Assembly (NCBI GenBank): GCA_964487915.1
Contig: CAZASN010000005.1
Coordinates: forward strand, 13,065 to 77,064
From: an uncultured Elusimicrobiaceae bacterium
GTDB taxonomy: Bacteria; Elusimicrobiota; Endomicrobiia; Endomicrobiales; Endomicrobiaceae
Direction: 5' to 3'
DNA: 64,000 bases
Part shown: piece by piece, positions 27,264 to 37,187 of the stretch
Position numbering within the stretch: position 1 is the stretch's first letter
How the letters are laid out: the number at the start of each line of letters is the position of its first letter
Translations under genes and position numbers: made by a program
Notes under the pieces: generated by a model
What the model was told of the DNA's origin: nothing
Seen by the model: only the letters and a program-made list of their open reading frames with translations
The model's database searches: none

Positions 27264-27344
27264 AAAAATATTATAATATAAGCCGCATAATAAAAATAAT
27301 GAATTTAATTTTGCGGTTTGCAAAATGTATGTGCGGAGGGAATA

Positions 27345-27548
27345 ATGTTCGGATTGGGATTTCAGGAAATTTTATTGCTGTTTTTGTTGGCCTTGTTATT
27401 GTTCGGAGCAAAAAAACTGCCGCAGATAGGAAAATCTTTGGGAAATGCCATTAAAGAATTTAAAGACGCGTTTGACGGCAAAGCCAAAGACGATAAAACC
27501 GACGAAAAAAAGGATTTAAACGAAAAAAACGATGACGGCAACAAATAA
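27345..27548 (+). CDS. tatA: twin-arginine translocase subunit TatA/E
   Basis: [49 protein letters not shown] is the canonical TatA TM plus amphipathic helix. Confidence 0.9.
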   Translation: MFGLGFQEILLLFLLALLLFGAKKLPQIGKSLGNAIKEFKDAFDGKAKDDKTDEKKDLNEKNDDGNK

Positions 27549-28296
27549 ACAAACTATAATATCGCATCTTGAAGATTTAAGATGGGTTTTTATAAGAGCA
27601 GTCGTTTATTTAACGGCGGCCTGCGTAATATCTTTCTTTTTTGCGGAACAAATTATAGAAATTATAAAACTTCCGGCAAAAGACGTGATTACTAATTTTT
27701 TCATATTAAAACCTACGGATTCGGTTGTTATTTATATGAAAACAATATTGTACGGCGGTTTTGTAATAGCTTTTCTGCCGATAATATACGAGTTTGTAAA
27801 TTTTATAAAACCGGCGCTGCAGAAAGAACAGATTAGTTTTGTTTTGAAATGGACGGCGTTTTCGGTTATTTTATTTTTAGCCGGAACTTTATTCGCGTAT
27901 TTTCTTATTTTGCCTGTTGCCGTTAAATTTTTAACGGATTTGGCTCAAACTCTTACAGCTTCAAGCATGCAGGTATCGTTTAATGCTTATATTTCATTTG
28001 TTCTTATGCTTTTATTGTGCGGAGGAATAATTTTTCAAATTCCTCTTTTATGCGCCGCTTTGACGATTTTAAACATAATTTCTCCGTTTGTTTTAAGAAA
28101 GTTCAGAAAAGAAATGTTTTTCGGGTTATGTGTTTTTGCCGCCGTGATTACTCCTACTACCGATGTTTTCAGCATGGCCTTATTCGTCGCGCCTATGATT
28201 GTTTTGTATGAATTGGGAATAATAATATCCGATGTGATATATAAACGTAAAAAATCAGAAACAGAGATGCTTTATGACGGAGGCAAATATGATTAA
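27532..28296 (+). CDS. tatC: twin-arginine translocase subunit TatC
   Basis: 254 aa, 6 [14 protein letters not shown] start and [16 protein letters not shown] motifs are typical of TatC. Confidence 0.9.
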   Translation: MTATNKQTIISHLEDLRWVFIRAVVYLTAACVISFFFAEQIIEIIKLPAKDVITNFFILKPTDSVVIYMKTILYGGFVIAFLPIIYEFVNFIKPALQKEQISFVLKWTAFSVILFLAGTLFAYFLILPVAVKFLTDLAQTLTASSMQVSFNAYISFVLMLLLCGGIIFQIPLLCAALTILNIISPFVLRKFRKEMFFGLCVFAAVITPTTDVFSMALFVAPMIVLYELGIIISDVIYKRKKSETEMLYDGGKYD

Positions 28297-29266
28297 AAAA
28301 ATTACGGGATTATTGTCGCAAAATTATACGAGAAAAAGTTTCTTAAAGATTTTTGCGGCGGCTTTATCGGCGGTTTTATTTTCAACGATGAAAACTAAAA
28401 AAATATTTGCGGCCGGAACTAAAAAAATAAATCCGAGACCAGGCAGAAAAATATCAACGAATTACGACCTTGTCTCCGTTCAGGGAGACAATATTCCGTT
28501 GATGGCGAAAAAACTTATTGACGAGCTTGGGGGCATCCAGAAGTTTGTAAAAAAAGGAGACGTCGTAGTAGTTAAACCTAATATGGGATGGAACAGAACA
28601 CCCGAATATGCGGCAAATACAAATCCGGAATTGGTGGCCGCCGTTGTAAAAATATGTCTGGAAGCCGGAGCAAAAAGGGTAAACGTATTTGACAATACAT
28701 GCAACGAAGAAAAGATGTGTTACAAAAATTCCGGCGTAGAACAAGCGGCTAAAAAAGCCGGAGCCAATGTTTATTTTATGGATTCTTTCAGATATTTATC
28801 CGGAAATTTTCCGGAAGGTTCGTCCATGGACGATTATCCGGTTTACGCCGATGCGGTAAACTGCGATTGTTTTATAAATATGCCGATAGCAAAAACGCAT
28901 GGACTTGCCGGATTAACGCTTTCAATGAAAAACCTTATGGGAGTATGCGGAGGCAACCGTTCAACAATGCATTGGAATATAGATAAAAAACTTGCCGAAA
29001 TGCTGGCTTTTATAAAACCGGATTTGAATATTATCGACGGATACAGGATATTGACCGCAAACGGTCCCAGAGGCGGAAATTTGTCGGACGTAAAAAAAAT
29101 GTCAACGGTTATAGCCTCAACTGATGCCGTTCTTGCCGATGCTTATGCAGCAAAACATTTATTTGATATGAACCCCAAAGATATTTCACATATAAATTTT
29201 GCCGCCGAAACAGGACTCGGAAATATAAATATTAATTCGGCAAAAATTAAAAAGATTAAAATATAA
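28289..29266 (+). CDS. DUF362 domain protein with Tat-like (R-K variant) signal peptide
   Basis: GGAGG RBS before ATG 28289. T-R-K-S-F-L-K (28328-28348) followed by a hydrophobic stretch and AxA-like site. The body (VVVKPNMGW.., MPIAKTHGLAGLTLSMKNLMG) matches my memory of DUF362. Confidence 0.65.
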   Translation: MIKKITGLLSQNYTRKSFLKIFAAALSAVLFSTMKTKKIFAAGTKKINPRPGRKISTNYDLVSVQGDNIPLMAKKLIDELGGIQKFVKKGDVVVVKPNMGWNRTPEYAANTNPELVAAVVKICLEAGAKRVNVFDNTCNEEKMCYKNSGVEQAAKKAGANVYFMDSFRYLSGNFPEGSSMDDYPVYADAVNCDCFINMPIAKTHGLAGLTLSMKNLMGVCGGNRSTMHWNIDKKLAEMLAFIKPDLNIIDGYRILTANGPRGGNLSDVKKMSTVIASTDAVLADAYAAKHLFDMNPKDISHINFAAETGLGNININSAKIKKIKI

Positions 29267-29310
29267 ATCAGAAGCTGAGAAACTTGGCAGTTTGGAAACT
29301 TGGTAAAAAG

Positions 29311-30792
29311 ATGAAAATAAAGACGATAAAAAGAATAACCCAAAGTTTTATATTTGTCTTAATATGTCTGGCGTTTTGGTATTTGAGATATCCTCTGATC
29401 GGTTGGTTTAATCCGGTATATTTTTTTCAACTTTCGCCTCTTGCGGCGGCAGTCTCGTTTTTTTTGATGCCGCTTCTTCTGATATCGGCCGGCTTGATAA
29501 TTTTTACTTTTATATTCGGAAGAATTTTTTGCGGATGGATATGCCCGTACGGAACGATTATGGACGCAATTTCTTTTTTCTTGAATTTTTTTAAAAAGTA
29601 TAACGAAAATTCTCCCAAACCTTTAAAATCAAAATATTTTTTGCTTGCAGTTTTAATAATCCTTTCTTTTTTCGGATTTCAATTAATTTATTTGTTTGAA
29701 CCGGTAACTGTTTTTGCCAGAGCTTTTTATTTTACGATTTATTCTTTTAAAAATAATCTTCTTACGGATTTATTTTATAAACTCATGTCCGCAAATCCCG
29801 GAGCGGTCGTTGAGGGCATTTACAGCGTATTTAAAAGTTCAATAATAGAAAACAGGCATGTTGTTTTTAATAACAGCCTGATAACTTTTATTTTTTTTGC
29901 GGTTCCGCTGTTTTTCGTTTTTTTCAAAAGAAGATTCTGGTGCAGATATATATGTCCGCTGGGCGCATGTCTTGCGGCGGTTGCAAAATTTTCTTTATTG
30001 AAAAGAAACAGCGGTATTTGTTCGTCAGGATGTTCCGGATGCGTTTCTCAATGCAGGATGAATGCGATAAAAAAAGATAATTCTTATGTGCCCCAGGAAT
30101 GCATAGTATGCGGAGACTGCGTGAATATTCCGTGCGGTAAAAAATCAAAATTTACTTTTTCGTTTCCTTTTAAAATACAAAGCGAAAAAAATGCGTACGG
30201 CGCAGGCGTTACAAGAAAAGATTTTATTTTATGGTCTGCCGCAGCCGTTACTTTATTTTTTTCAAAGAAAGTTTTTGCAAAAGAGCAAAGAAACGTAATA
30301 AGGCCGCCGGGTTCTTTAGAAGAGGATTTATTTAAACAAAAGTGCATACGCTGCGGAAATTGCATAAAAGTGTGCGTTACAAACGGGCTTCAGCCGGTTT
30401 TATTTGAAACCGGACTGGACGGCGTTTGGACTCCGAAACTTGACGCAAATACCGGATACTGCGAATATGAATGCGTATTGTGCGGAGAAGTTTGTCCTAC
30501 GCAGGCAATAGAAAAATTATCGGAATCTCTTAAAAAAGAAACAAAAATAGGCATAGCCAAAATTCAAAAAGACATATGCGTTCCATGGAGAGACGGATTA
30601 GAATGCCTTGTTTGCGAAGAACACTGCCCGGTTGCTTCAAAAGCGATAAAACTTCAAAAAATCACTGTAAACGGAAATGAAGTTCAAGCTCCTTACATAG
30701 AAGAAGAACTCTGCGTCGGCTGTTCTATATGCGAAAATAAGTGTCCGGCATCAAACAATAATAAAAAAGGAATTGTTATTGAACCTATTTGA
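29311..30792 (+). CDS. NapH/NosH-like membrane polyferredoxin
   Basis: N-terminal TM region with two CxxxCP motifs (FCGWICPYG, WCRYICPLG). C-terminal half has several ferredoxin-type clusters (CIRCGNCIKVC, CVLCGEVCP, CLVCEEHCP, CVGCSICENKCP). Start is ATG 29311 or TTG 29284. Confidence 0.7.
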   Translation: MKIKTIKRITQSFIFVLICLAFWYLRYPLIGWFNPVYFFQLSPLAAAVSFFLMPLLLISAGLIIFTFIFGRIFCGWICPYGTIMDAISFFLNFFKKYNENSPKPLKSKYFLLAVLIILSFFGFQLIYLFEPVTVFARAFYFTIYSFKNNLLTDLFYKLMSANPGAVVEGIYSVFKSSIIENRHVVFNNSLITFIFFAVPLFFVFFKRRFWCRYICPLGACLAAVAKFSLLKRNSGICSSGCSGCVSQCRMNAIKKDNSYVPQECIVCGDCVNIPCGKKSKFTFSFPFKIQSEKNAYGAGVTRKDFILWSAAAVTLFFSKKVFAKEQRNVIRPPGSLEEDLFKQKCIRCGNCIKVCVTNGLQPVLFETGLDGVWTPKLDANTGYCEYECVLCGEVCPTQAIEKLSESLKKETKIGIAKIQKDICVPWRDGLECLVCEEHCPVASKAIKLQKITVNGNEVQAPYIEEELCVGCSICENKCPASNNNKKGIVIEPI

Positions 30793-30894
30793 CATTGATA
30801 TATTAACTGTTTATAATAAATACAATATGCGGCAATAGTTATTGGAGATTATTGTCTTTTTTTTGTTAAAATATTTTAAAATAAGGAAAAAATT

Positions 30895-31854
30895 ATGATA
30901 ATACTTACGGGCGGCGCCGGTTTTATAGGAAGTTGTTTCCTTTGGAAACTTAATCGTGAGAAAATTGACGATGTTTTAGTGGTTGATCATCTTGACGAAA
31001 GCGAAAAATGGAAAAACCTGGTAGGTAAAAAATACAGGGATTACATGCAGAAACAAACCTTTCTTGATTTGATCAAGGAAGGAAAAATTCAAAAACCCGA
31101 AGCCGTAATTCATCTCGGAGCATGCAGTTCAACTACGCTTACCGATGCAAATTATTACGTTTATAACAATTTTGAATATTCAAAAACTCTTGCTTTATGG
31201 GCAATGGAGTTAAAAGTTCCCTTTATATACGCTTCATCCGCGGCTACGTACGGAGACGGAGAAAACGGATACGACGATAAGTCGGATCTTGACAAACTTG
31301 CCCCGCTAAATATGTACGGTTATTCAAAACATATGTTTGATTTGTGGCTTTTAAGAAATAAACATATTGATAAAACGACAGGAATAAAATTTTTCAACGT
31401 GTTCGGACCTAACGAATATCACAAAGGTTCAATGAAAAGCGTAATTTGCAAAAGTTATGATGATGTCGCAAAGAAAGGATTGATGAAACTTTTTAAGTCA
31501 TATAAAGAAGAATTCGGACACGGCGACCAACAGAGAGATTTTATATATATAAAAGACGCAGTTGAAGTAATGTGGTTTTTAATGAACAATCCTAAAAAAA
31601 CGGGTATTTATAATTTGGGAACAGGCAAAGCAAGAAGCTGGAATGATATTGCAAACGCGATGTTTTCGGCTGTCGGCAGGAAATCAAACATTGAATATAT
31701 AGAAATGCCGGATATCCTTAAGGAAAAATACCAGTATTTTACTCAGGCGGAGATGTCAAAAATAAAAGAAGCCGGATGCAAACATAAGTTTTTGTCTTTG
31801 GAAGATTCCGTAAAAGATTATTGTTCATATTTAAAGAATAAATCATATTTATAA
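30895..31854 (+). CDS. hldD: ADP-L-glycero-D-manno-heptose 6-epimerase
   Basis: MIILTGGAGFIGS.., HLGACSSTT, FIYASSAATYG. Collinear with E. coli RfaD/HldD. Confidence 0.9.
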   Translation: MIILTGGAGFIGSCFLWKLNREKIDDVLVVDHLDESEKWKNLVGKKYRDYMQKQTFLDLIKEGKIQKPEAVIHLGACSSTTLTDANYYVYNNFEYSKTLALWAMELKVPFIYASSAATYGDGENGYDDKSDLDKLAPLNMYGYSKHMFDLWLLRNKHIDKTTGIKFFNVFGPNEYHKGSMKSVICKSYDDVAKKGLMKLFKSYKEEFGHGDQQRDFIYIKDAVEVMWFLMNNPKKTGIYNLGTGKARSWNDIANAMFSAVGRKSNIEYIEMPDILKEKYQYFTQAEMSKIKEAGCKHKFLSLEDSVKDYCSYLKNKSYL

Positions 31855-31894
31855 AATTTATTAATATGTTCCGCGAAAACAGGAGAACAAAAAA

Positions 31895-32887
31895 ATGCAA
31901 GACAAATTACTTTCAATGATACCGGCTCTGCAGAAACAGGCCGTATTGGTTGTCGGAGATACGATGGTTGATAAGTTTATATGGGGGAAAGTTTCAAGAA
32001 TTTCTCCCGAAGCTCCGGTTCCAGTCGTTGAAGTTTCAAACGATACCGAGACTCTGGGCGGCGCAGGAAACGTCGCAAGCAACATAACGTCGCTTGGCGC
32101 GACGGCATATTTAATTACCGTTATAGGGGACGACGTTAACGGATTAAATATGAAAAAAATGCTGGACGAAAAAAACATAAATCATGATTTTGTGGTTGTA
32201 GACAAAAACAGACCGACCACCATTAAAACAAGAATAATAGCTTCACATCAGCAGGTTGTCAGAGTCGACAGAGAAGTTAAGGGAACTTTTTCTCCTTCAA
32301 CGGAAGATGCGATTATCAAAAATATAGAAACGGTAATTCCAAAAGTAGGCGGAATAATAATTTCTGATTACGCAAAAGGCATAGTCGTTCCGAAAGTTTT
32401 AAAGAAAATAATTGCTATCGCAAAAAAAAGAAATATACCGGTAACTGTTGATCCGAAAGTTGAAAATTTCAGACAGTATAAATACATAACATGCATGACT
32501 CCCAATACAAAAGAAGCTACCGAAGGCATGAATGCAAAAAATATAAATACGGATGAAGATATAGCGGTACTGGGCAAAAGAATACTTAAACTTTTAAAAT
32601 CGGAATCGGTGCTTATCACGAGAGGCGAGAAGGGAATGACTCTGATAGAAAAAGACAATAAAATAACGCACATACCGACAAGAGCTAAAGAAGTTTACGA
32701 CGTAACCGGCGCAGGCGATACTGTTATAGCCACAATGACGCTGGCTCTGTCGGCTAAGTTTAATTTTGTTTCTGCCGCCGAAATTGCCAATTTTGCTGCC
32801 GGACTTGTAGTCGCAAAAGTCGGAACGGCCACAATAACGGCTCAGGAATTGAGAGAAAATATAAAGGATTTTTACAGAAAAAAATGA
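31895..32887 (+). CDS. hldA: D-glycero-beta-D-manno-heptose-7-phosphate kinase (RfaE domain I only)
   Basis: 330 aa, ribokinase/PfkB fold. VLVVGDTMVDKFIWGKVSRISPEAPVPVV and C-terminal DVTGAGDTVIA. No fused adenylyltransferase domain. Confidence 0.85.
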   Translation: MQDKLLSMIPALQKQAVLVVGDTMVDKFIWGKVSRISPEAPVPVVEVSNDTETLGGAGNVASNITSLGATAYLITVIGDDVNGLNMKKMLDEKNINHDFVVVDKNRPTTIKTRIIASHQQVVRVDREVKGTFSPSTEDAIIKNIETVIPKVGGIIISDYAKGIVVPKVLKKIIAIAKKRNIPVTVDPKVENFRQYKYITCMTPNTKEATEGMNAKNINTDEDIAVLGKRILKLLKSESVLITRGEKGMTLIEKDNKITHIPTRAKEVYDVTGAGDTVIATMTLALSAKFNFVSAAEIANFAAGLVVAKVGTATITAQELRENIKDFYRKK

Positions 32888-33612
32888 AAACGGCTGTTAT
32901 AATTCCGGCAAGATACGCTTCAACCAGATTTCCGGGCAAACCTTTAGTTTTGATTCAAGGAAAGCCTTTGATTCTGCATGTCGCGGGAAAAGTTTCAAAA
33001 TGCAAAGGCGTTGACGGCGTATTTGTCGCTACAGACGACAAAAGAATATTTGACGCCGTAAAACAGGCGGGTTTTAACGTTTATATGACGCCGGTAAATT
33101 TAAAAAGCGGAACGGACAGAGTCGCTTTTGTCGCAGGTAAATATTTAAAAAAATTTGATGTTTTTATAAACGTTCAGGGCGACGAGCCTTTAATAGACAA
33201 AAAACTTGTTGAAAAGATGGTTGACCGGTTTAAAAAAGACAGAACCGTTGAATATTTAACGGCGGCTTATAAGATGAAACCTTCAGATGATATAAACAAT
33301 CCTAATACGGTAAAAGTTGTTTTTGACCGCGATATGAACGCGATTTATTTTTCAAGATATCCCATACCGTATTTGAGGGATAAAAATGCCAAAACGGATT
33401 ATTATAAACACATAGGCGTTTACGGATACAGACGCAAATTCGTTTTAAATTTTGCAAAAACAAAACAAACTACTTTGGAAAATGCCGAATCATTGGAACA
33501 GTTAAGGGCTTTGGAAAACGGTAAAAAAATAAAAATAATACTTTCAACAAAAGATTTAAAAGACGTTAACGTGCCGGATGATATAAAACAAGTTGAAAGT
33601 TTATTGAAATAA
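32884..33612 (+). CDS. kdsB: 3-deoxy-manno-octulosonate cytidylyltransferase (CMP-Kdo synthetase)
   Basis: VIIPARYASTRFPGKPL, NVQGDEPLI, YKHIGVYGYRR motifs. Confidence 0.9.
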   Translation: MKTAVIIPARYASTRFPGKPLVLIQGKPLILHVAGKVSKCKGVDGVFVATDDKRIFDAVKQAGFNVYMTPVNLKSGTDRVAFVAGKYLKKFDVFINVQGDEPLIDKKLVEKMVDRFKKDRTVEYLTAAYKMKPSDDINNPNTVKVVFDRDMNAIYFSRYPIPYLRDKNAKTDYYKHIGVYGYRRKFVLNFAKTKQTTLENAESLEQLRALENGKKIKIILSTKDLKDVNVPDDIKQVESLLK

Positions 33613-33654
33613 AAATTATAAAGCATGACAGAAAAATAGTATAATAGAGGAAGA

Positions 33655-34476
33655 ATGAATATTAAAGTTAAAATTTCAGATAAAGTGGCCCTTGCAAACG
33701 ATTTGCCGTTATCGGTTATTGCCGGACCGTGCGTTATTGAAAACAGAAAAGAAACGATTGAACTTGCCGCAAAATTAAAAAAAATATGCGTCGGCAGAAA
33801 TATTAATTTTATTTTTAAAGCTTCTTACGATAAAGCAAACAGATCCTCAATAGATTCATTCAGAGGTCTCGGTATTGAAGAAGGTCTTGAAATACTTTCG
33901 GAAATAAAGAAGAAATTAAATATTCCGGTTTTAACTGACGTTCACTGCGTTTCGGAAGTCAATATTGCCGCTAAAGTAGTTGACGTTATTCAAATTCCGG
34001 CGTTTTTATGCAGACAGACCGACTTGGTCGTAGCCTGCGCCAAAACGGGGCTGCCGGTAAATATCAAAAAAGGGCAGTTTCTTGCTCCGGAAGATATGCT
34101 GCAGGTTCTTAAAAAAGCAAAAGTGTCCGGAAATAATAAACTTACTCTTACGGAAAGAGGAGCAAGTTTCGGATATCATAATCTTGTTGTTGATTTCAGA
34201 GCTATAGAAATTATGAAACAATTCGGTTATCCGGTTGTTTTTGACGCGACTCACAGCGTTCAAAAACCCGGAGGACTCGGAGATAAAAGCGGCGGAGACA
34301 GGCAGTTTGTGTTGCCTCTGGCAAAAGCGGCCGCGGCAGTCGGCGTAGCCGCTATTTTTGTTGAAGTTCATAAAAATCCCCAAAAAGCTCTTTCGGACGG
34401 AGCCAACAGCATAGATTTAAAAATGTTTAAAAATATGCTTGATACGGTGTGCAAATTGGACAAGGCCGTAAAGTAA
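33655..34476 (+). CDS. kdsA: 3-deoxy-8-phosphooctulonate (Kdo-8-P) synthase
   Basis: VIAGPCVIE, FKASYDKANRSS, IQIPAFLCRQTDL, VVFDATHSVQKPGG motifs. Confidence 0.9.
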   Translation: MNIKVKISDKVALANDLPLSVIAGPCVIENRKETIELAAKLKKICVGRNINFIFKASYDKANRSSIDSFRGLGIEEGLEILSEIKKKLNIPVLTDVHCVSEVNIAAKVVDVIQIPAFLCRQTDLVVACAKTGLPVNIKKGQFLAPEDMLQVLKKAKVSGNNKLTLTERGASFGYHNLVVDFRAIEIMKQFGYPVVFDATHSVQKPGGLGDKSGGDRQFVLPLAKAAAAVGVAAIFVEVHKNPQKALSDGANSIDLKMFKNMLDTVCKLDKAVK

Positions 34477-34498
34477 AATAAGAGATGCGGAGTTTAAA

Positions 34499-34714
34499 GT
34501 GCCAAAAGAAAAATATGAACAAGAAGATGAAAAATACAGTTGGAAGCCTGATTTCAAATGGCTGTTTAAGACATTTATCTTTGTATATGTTTTTGTGATA
34601 ATTTTATTTTTTTTACTGAATTTTTTGTTGAAACCGTATATGAGGCAAAGACCGGCTGAAATAACTCCGTGGCTGGATAACAATAAAACGGAAAACGTTT
34701 CGGAGCGTAAATGA
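34499..34714 (+). CDS. small single-TM protein embedded in the Kdo/Lpt operon
   Basis: 71 aa, GTG start. Acidic N-terminus and one TM (FIFVYVFVIILFFLLNFLL). ATGA overlap with the kdsC start. Confidence 0.4.
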   Translation: MPKEKYEQEDEKYSWKPDFKWLFKTFIFVYVFVIILFFLLNFLLKPYMRQRPAEITPWLDNNKTENVSERK

Positions 34715-35250
34715 AAAAATATTCTTCCAAAATTTTATCGGCCGCAAAAAACATAAAACTGATTGCAACTGACATAGACGGCGTTTTAACGGCCGGAGAA
34801 GTTATACTTCTTGAAAATAACGAAGAAATAAAAATTTGGAACGTTAAAGACAGGGCGGCAATAGCATATATTAAAAAACATTTGCCTGATGTAAAATTCG
34901 CATGGATTACGGGAAGACAGTCAAAACAGGTAAGATTAAGAGCCCAAGAATTAAAAATTGATTATTTGATTCAGTCCTGCGACGACAAAAAACAGGCTCT
35001 TATAAAAATTGCTAAAAAAACCGGAATTGATTTGAAACAGACTGCATATATCGGAGACGATATTATAGATATAGGAGTTTTGAAATCGGCGGGATTATCC
35101 GTATGTCCGGCGGATGCGGCTGACGACGTTAAAAAAAACGTATTGTATGTGTCTGCTTACGAAGGCGGAAAAGGCGTTTTAAGGGAAGTATGCGAAATAA
35201 TATTAAAATCAAAAGGCGAATGGGATAAAGTTTTAAAATATTATTTATGA
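34711..35250 (+). CDS. kdsC: Kdo-8-phosphate phosphatase (HAD superfamily)
   Basis: LIATDIDGVLT (DxDGV), ITGR, YIGDDIIDI motifs. Position between kdsA and lptC. Confidence 0.85.
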   Translation: MKKYSSKILSAAKNIKLIATDIDGVLTAGEVILLENNEEIKIWNVKDRAAIAYIKKHLPDVKFAWITGRQSKQVRLRAQELKIDYLIQSCDDKKQALIKIAKKTGIDLKQTAYIGDDIIDIGVLKSAGLSVCPADAADDVKKNVLYVSAYEGGKGVLREVCEIILKSKGEWDKVLKYYL

Positions 35251-35768
35251 AAAAAAATATTTTTTTCTTAATTTTTCTTTTAGTATCAACATGTTTTACG
35301 TCGTCTTGTAAAGAAGAAGAATCAATAATAGAAGAAACTCCGCCGACAACCGAACAGACAATTGAAAAGTTTATAGTAACGGAAACTCAGGACGGTAAAA
35401 TAAAGACAATTCTTGAAGCGGAATCCGCAATAATCGACGACAATGAAAAAAAGGCTTATCTGACTCTTCCAAGAATTAAGTTTTATGAAAACGGCAAATA
35501 TACTTCCATACTTGTTGCGGAATCCGGAGAAATCAATCTTGAAACGAATGACGTTAAAGCTTTGGGAAAATGCACTGTTGATACGGTAAAAAACGAATAC
35601 CTTCAGACAAGAGACATATCTTACGACGCCGTAAAAAAAATCATATATTCAAACAGCGATATTAAAATAACAAGAGACAAAGAGGTTATTTACGGCAGCG
35701 GATTCAAATCGGACATAAATTTAAACAATATTACGGTAAAAAAACAGAGGGTTATAATTGACAAATAA
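35247..35768 (+). CDS. lptC: LPS export protein LptC-like
   Basis: 173 aa, N-terminal anchor, OstA-like beta-jellyroll-sized body. Conserved position immediately upstream of lptA-lptB. Confidence 0.65.
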   Translation: MKKNIFFLIFLLVSTCFTSSCKEEESIIEETPPTTEQTIEKFIVTETQDGKIKTILEAESAIIDDNEKKAYLTLPRIKFYENGKYTSILVAESGEINLETNDVKALGKCTVDTVKNEYLQTRDISYDAVKKIIYSNSDIKITRDKEVIYGSGFKSDINLNNITVKKQRVIIDK

Positions 35769-36435
35769 ATTTTATATGCTGATTCCGTTATGTTTTATTT
35801 TTAGTTTTGCATATGCCGGAGAAAGCAAAGAACAAACCATAATTACAGGCGATGAAATGCATATGAATAAAAAAGAAGCTATAACGGTTGTAAAAGGCAG
35901 CGGAAAAGTTGTAAGAGGGAATAAAATTATAGAAGCCGATACGATAACATATTCGGAAAAACAAAATCAGATTGACGCTGAAGGTAACGTCCGTTTTTTT
36001 GATACGGAGAAAGACGGAAGCAAAATAAAAGCGGTTTCGTCAAGCGCAACGTATAATACCGAAAAATCAGACGGCAGACTGTGGGGCGGCAATCCGTCTA
36101 TTGAATACAATATAAAAAATTCTACGGATATAGTTTATATGTATGCGGATACTTTTTATCTTGATAAAGATTTTGAATCAGCAAGAGCTTTGTCAAACGT
36201 TAAGATTATTTCGTCTTCCGGCACGCTGACGGGAGATAACGCAAGGGTAAGCAAGAGCGACAATACGTTATTTATGCATAAAGATATCGTCAGACCTAAA
36301 ATAACGGCTTATCAAGACGATAAATACGCCGAATTTGAATCCGACGAGCTTTATTTGTTTTATGACACGAAAACCGTAAAAATGGATAAAAACGTCAAGG
36401 GAAAATTTATAATGAATACTACAGAGGTAAAATAA
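35758..36435 (+). CDS. lptA: LPS transport periplasmic protein LptA (OstA domain)
   Basis: Signal peptide. ITGDEMHMNKKE..KGSGKVVRGNKIIEADTITY pattern is typical of the OstA/LptA N-terminal domain. Confidence 0.75.
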   Translation: MTNKFYMLIPLCFIFSFAYAGESKEQTIITGDEMHMNKKEAITVVKGSGKVVRGNKIIEADTITYSEKQNQIDAEGNVRFFDTEKDGSKIKAVSSSATYNTEKSDGRLWGGNPSIEYNIKNSTDIVYMYADTFYLDKDFESARALSNVKIISSSGTLTGDNARVSKSDNTLFMHKDIVRPKITAYQDDKYAEFESDELYLFYDTKTVKMDKNVKGKFIMNTTEVK

Positions 36436-37154
36436 TGATATTATCCGCGCATGCGCTTCATAAAAAATATAAGCATAGAATGGTTGTAAACTCTGTCAGC
36501 ATAAAAGTTTCTCAGGGTGAAATAGTCGGGCTTTTGGGACCTAACGGAGCCGGTAAAACCACGACGTTTTATATGACCGTCGGATTGATAGAACCTTACG
36601 ACGGCAATGTTTATCTTGATGATAAAGATATAACTTACGAACCGATGTACAAAAGAGCAAGAGCGGGAGTAGGGTATTTGCCTCAGGAATCTTCAATATT
36701 CAGAGGATTGACCGTTGAAGAAAATCTTATGGCTATAGCCGAAATGCTTCCGATATCAAATAAAGAACGTCAAAAAAAAGTAGATTCTCTTCTTTCTGAT
36801 TTCGGATTAAACAAATTAAGAAAACAAATCAGCACGACTTTATCCGGCGGAGAGAGAAGAAGATGCGAAATTGCAAGAGCATTGGTAAACGATCCTAAAT
36901 TTTTATTATTGGATGAGCCGTTTGTCGGCATTGATCCCATAACCGTAGCCGATATACAGCAGATTATTTCAAAATTAAGGGATAAAGGTCTCGGGATTTT
37001 GATAACCGATCATAATGTCAGGGAAACTTTGGAAATAATAGACAGAGCCTATATTATTTATGACGGGAAAATATTACTTGAAGGAAGCGCTCAGGATTTA
37101 ATTAACAGTCCGGAGGCTAGAAAAGTATATCTCGGCGAAAATTTTAAAATGTAG
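36435..37154 (+). CDS. lptB: LPS export ABC transporter ATP-binding protein LptB
   Basis: GLLGPNGAGKTTTFYM, LSGGERRRCEIARAL, LLLDEPFVGIDP, and the C-terminal VRKVYLGENF motif typical of LptB. Confidence 0.9.
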   Translation: MILSAHALHKKYKHRMVVNSVSIKVSQGEIVGLLGPNGAGKTTTFYMTVGLIEPYDGNVYLDDKDITYEPMYKRARAGVGYLPQESSIFRGLTVEENLMAIAEMLPISNKERQKKVDSLLSDFGLNKLRKQISTTLSGGERRRCEIARALVNDPKFLLLDEPFVGIDPITVADIQQIISKLRDKGLGILITDHNVRETLEIIDRAYIIYDGKILLEGSAQDLINSPEARKVYLGENFKM

Positions 37155-37187
37155 TTTCAAAAAACTCTTGCCGTCAGGTCTTATAAA

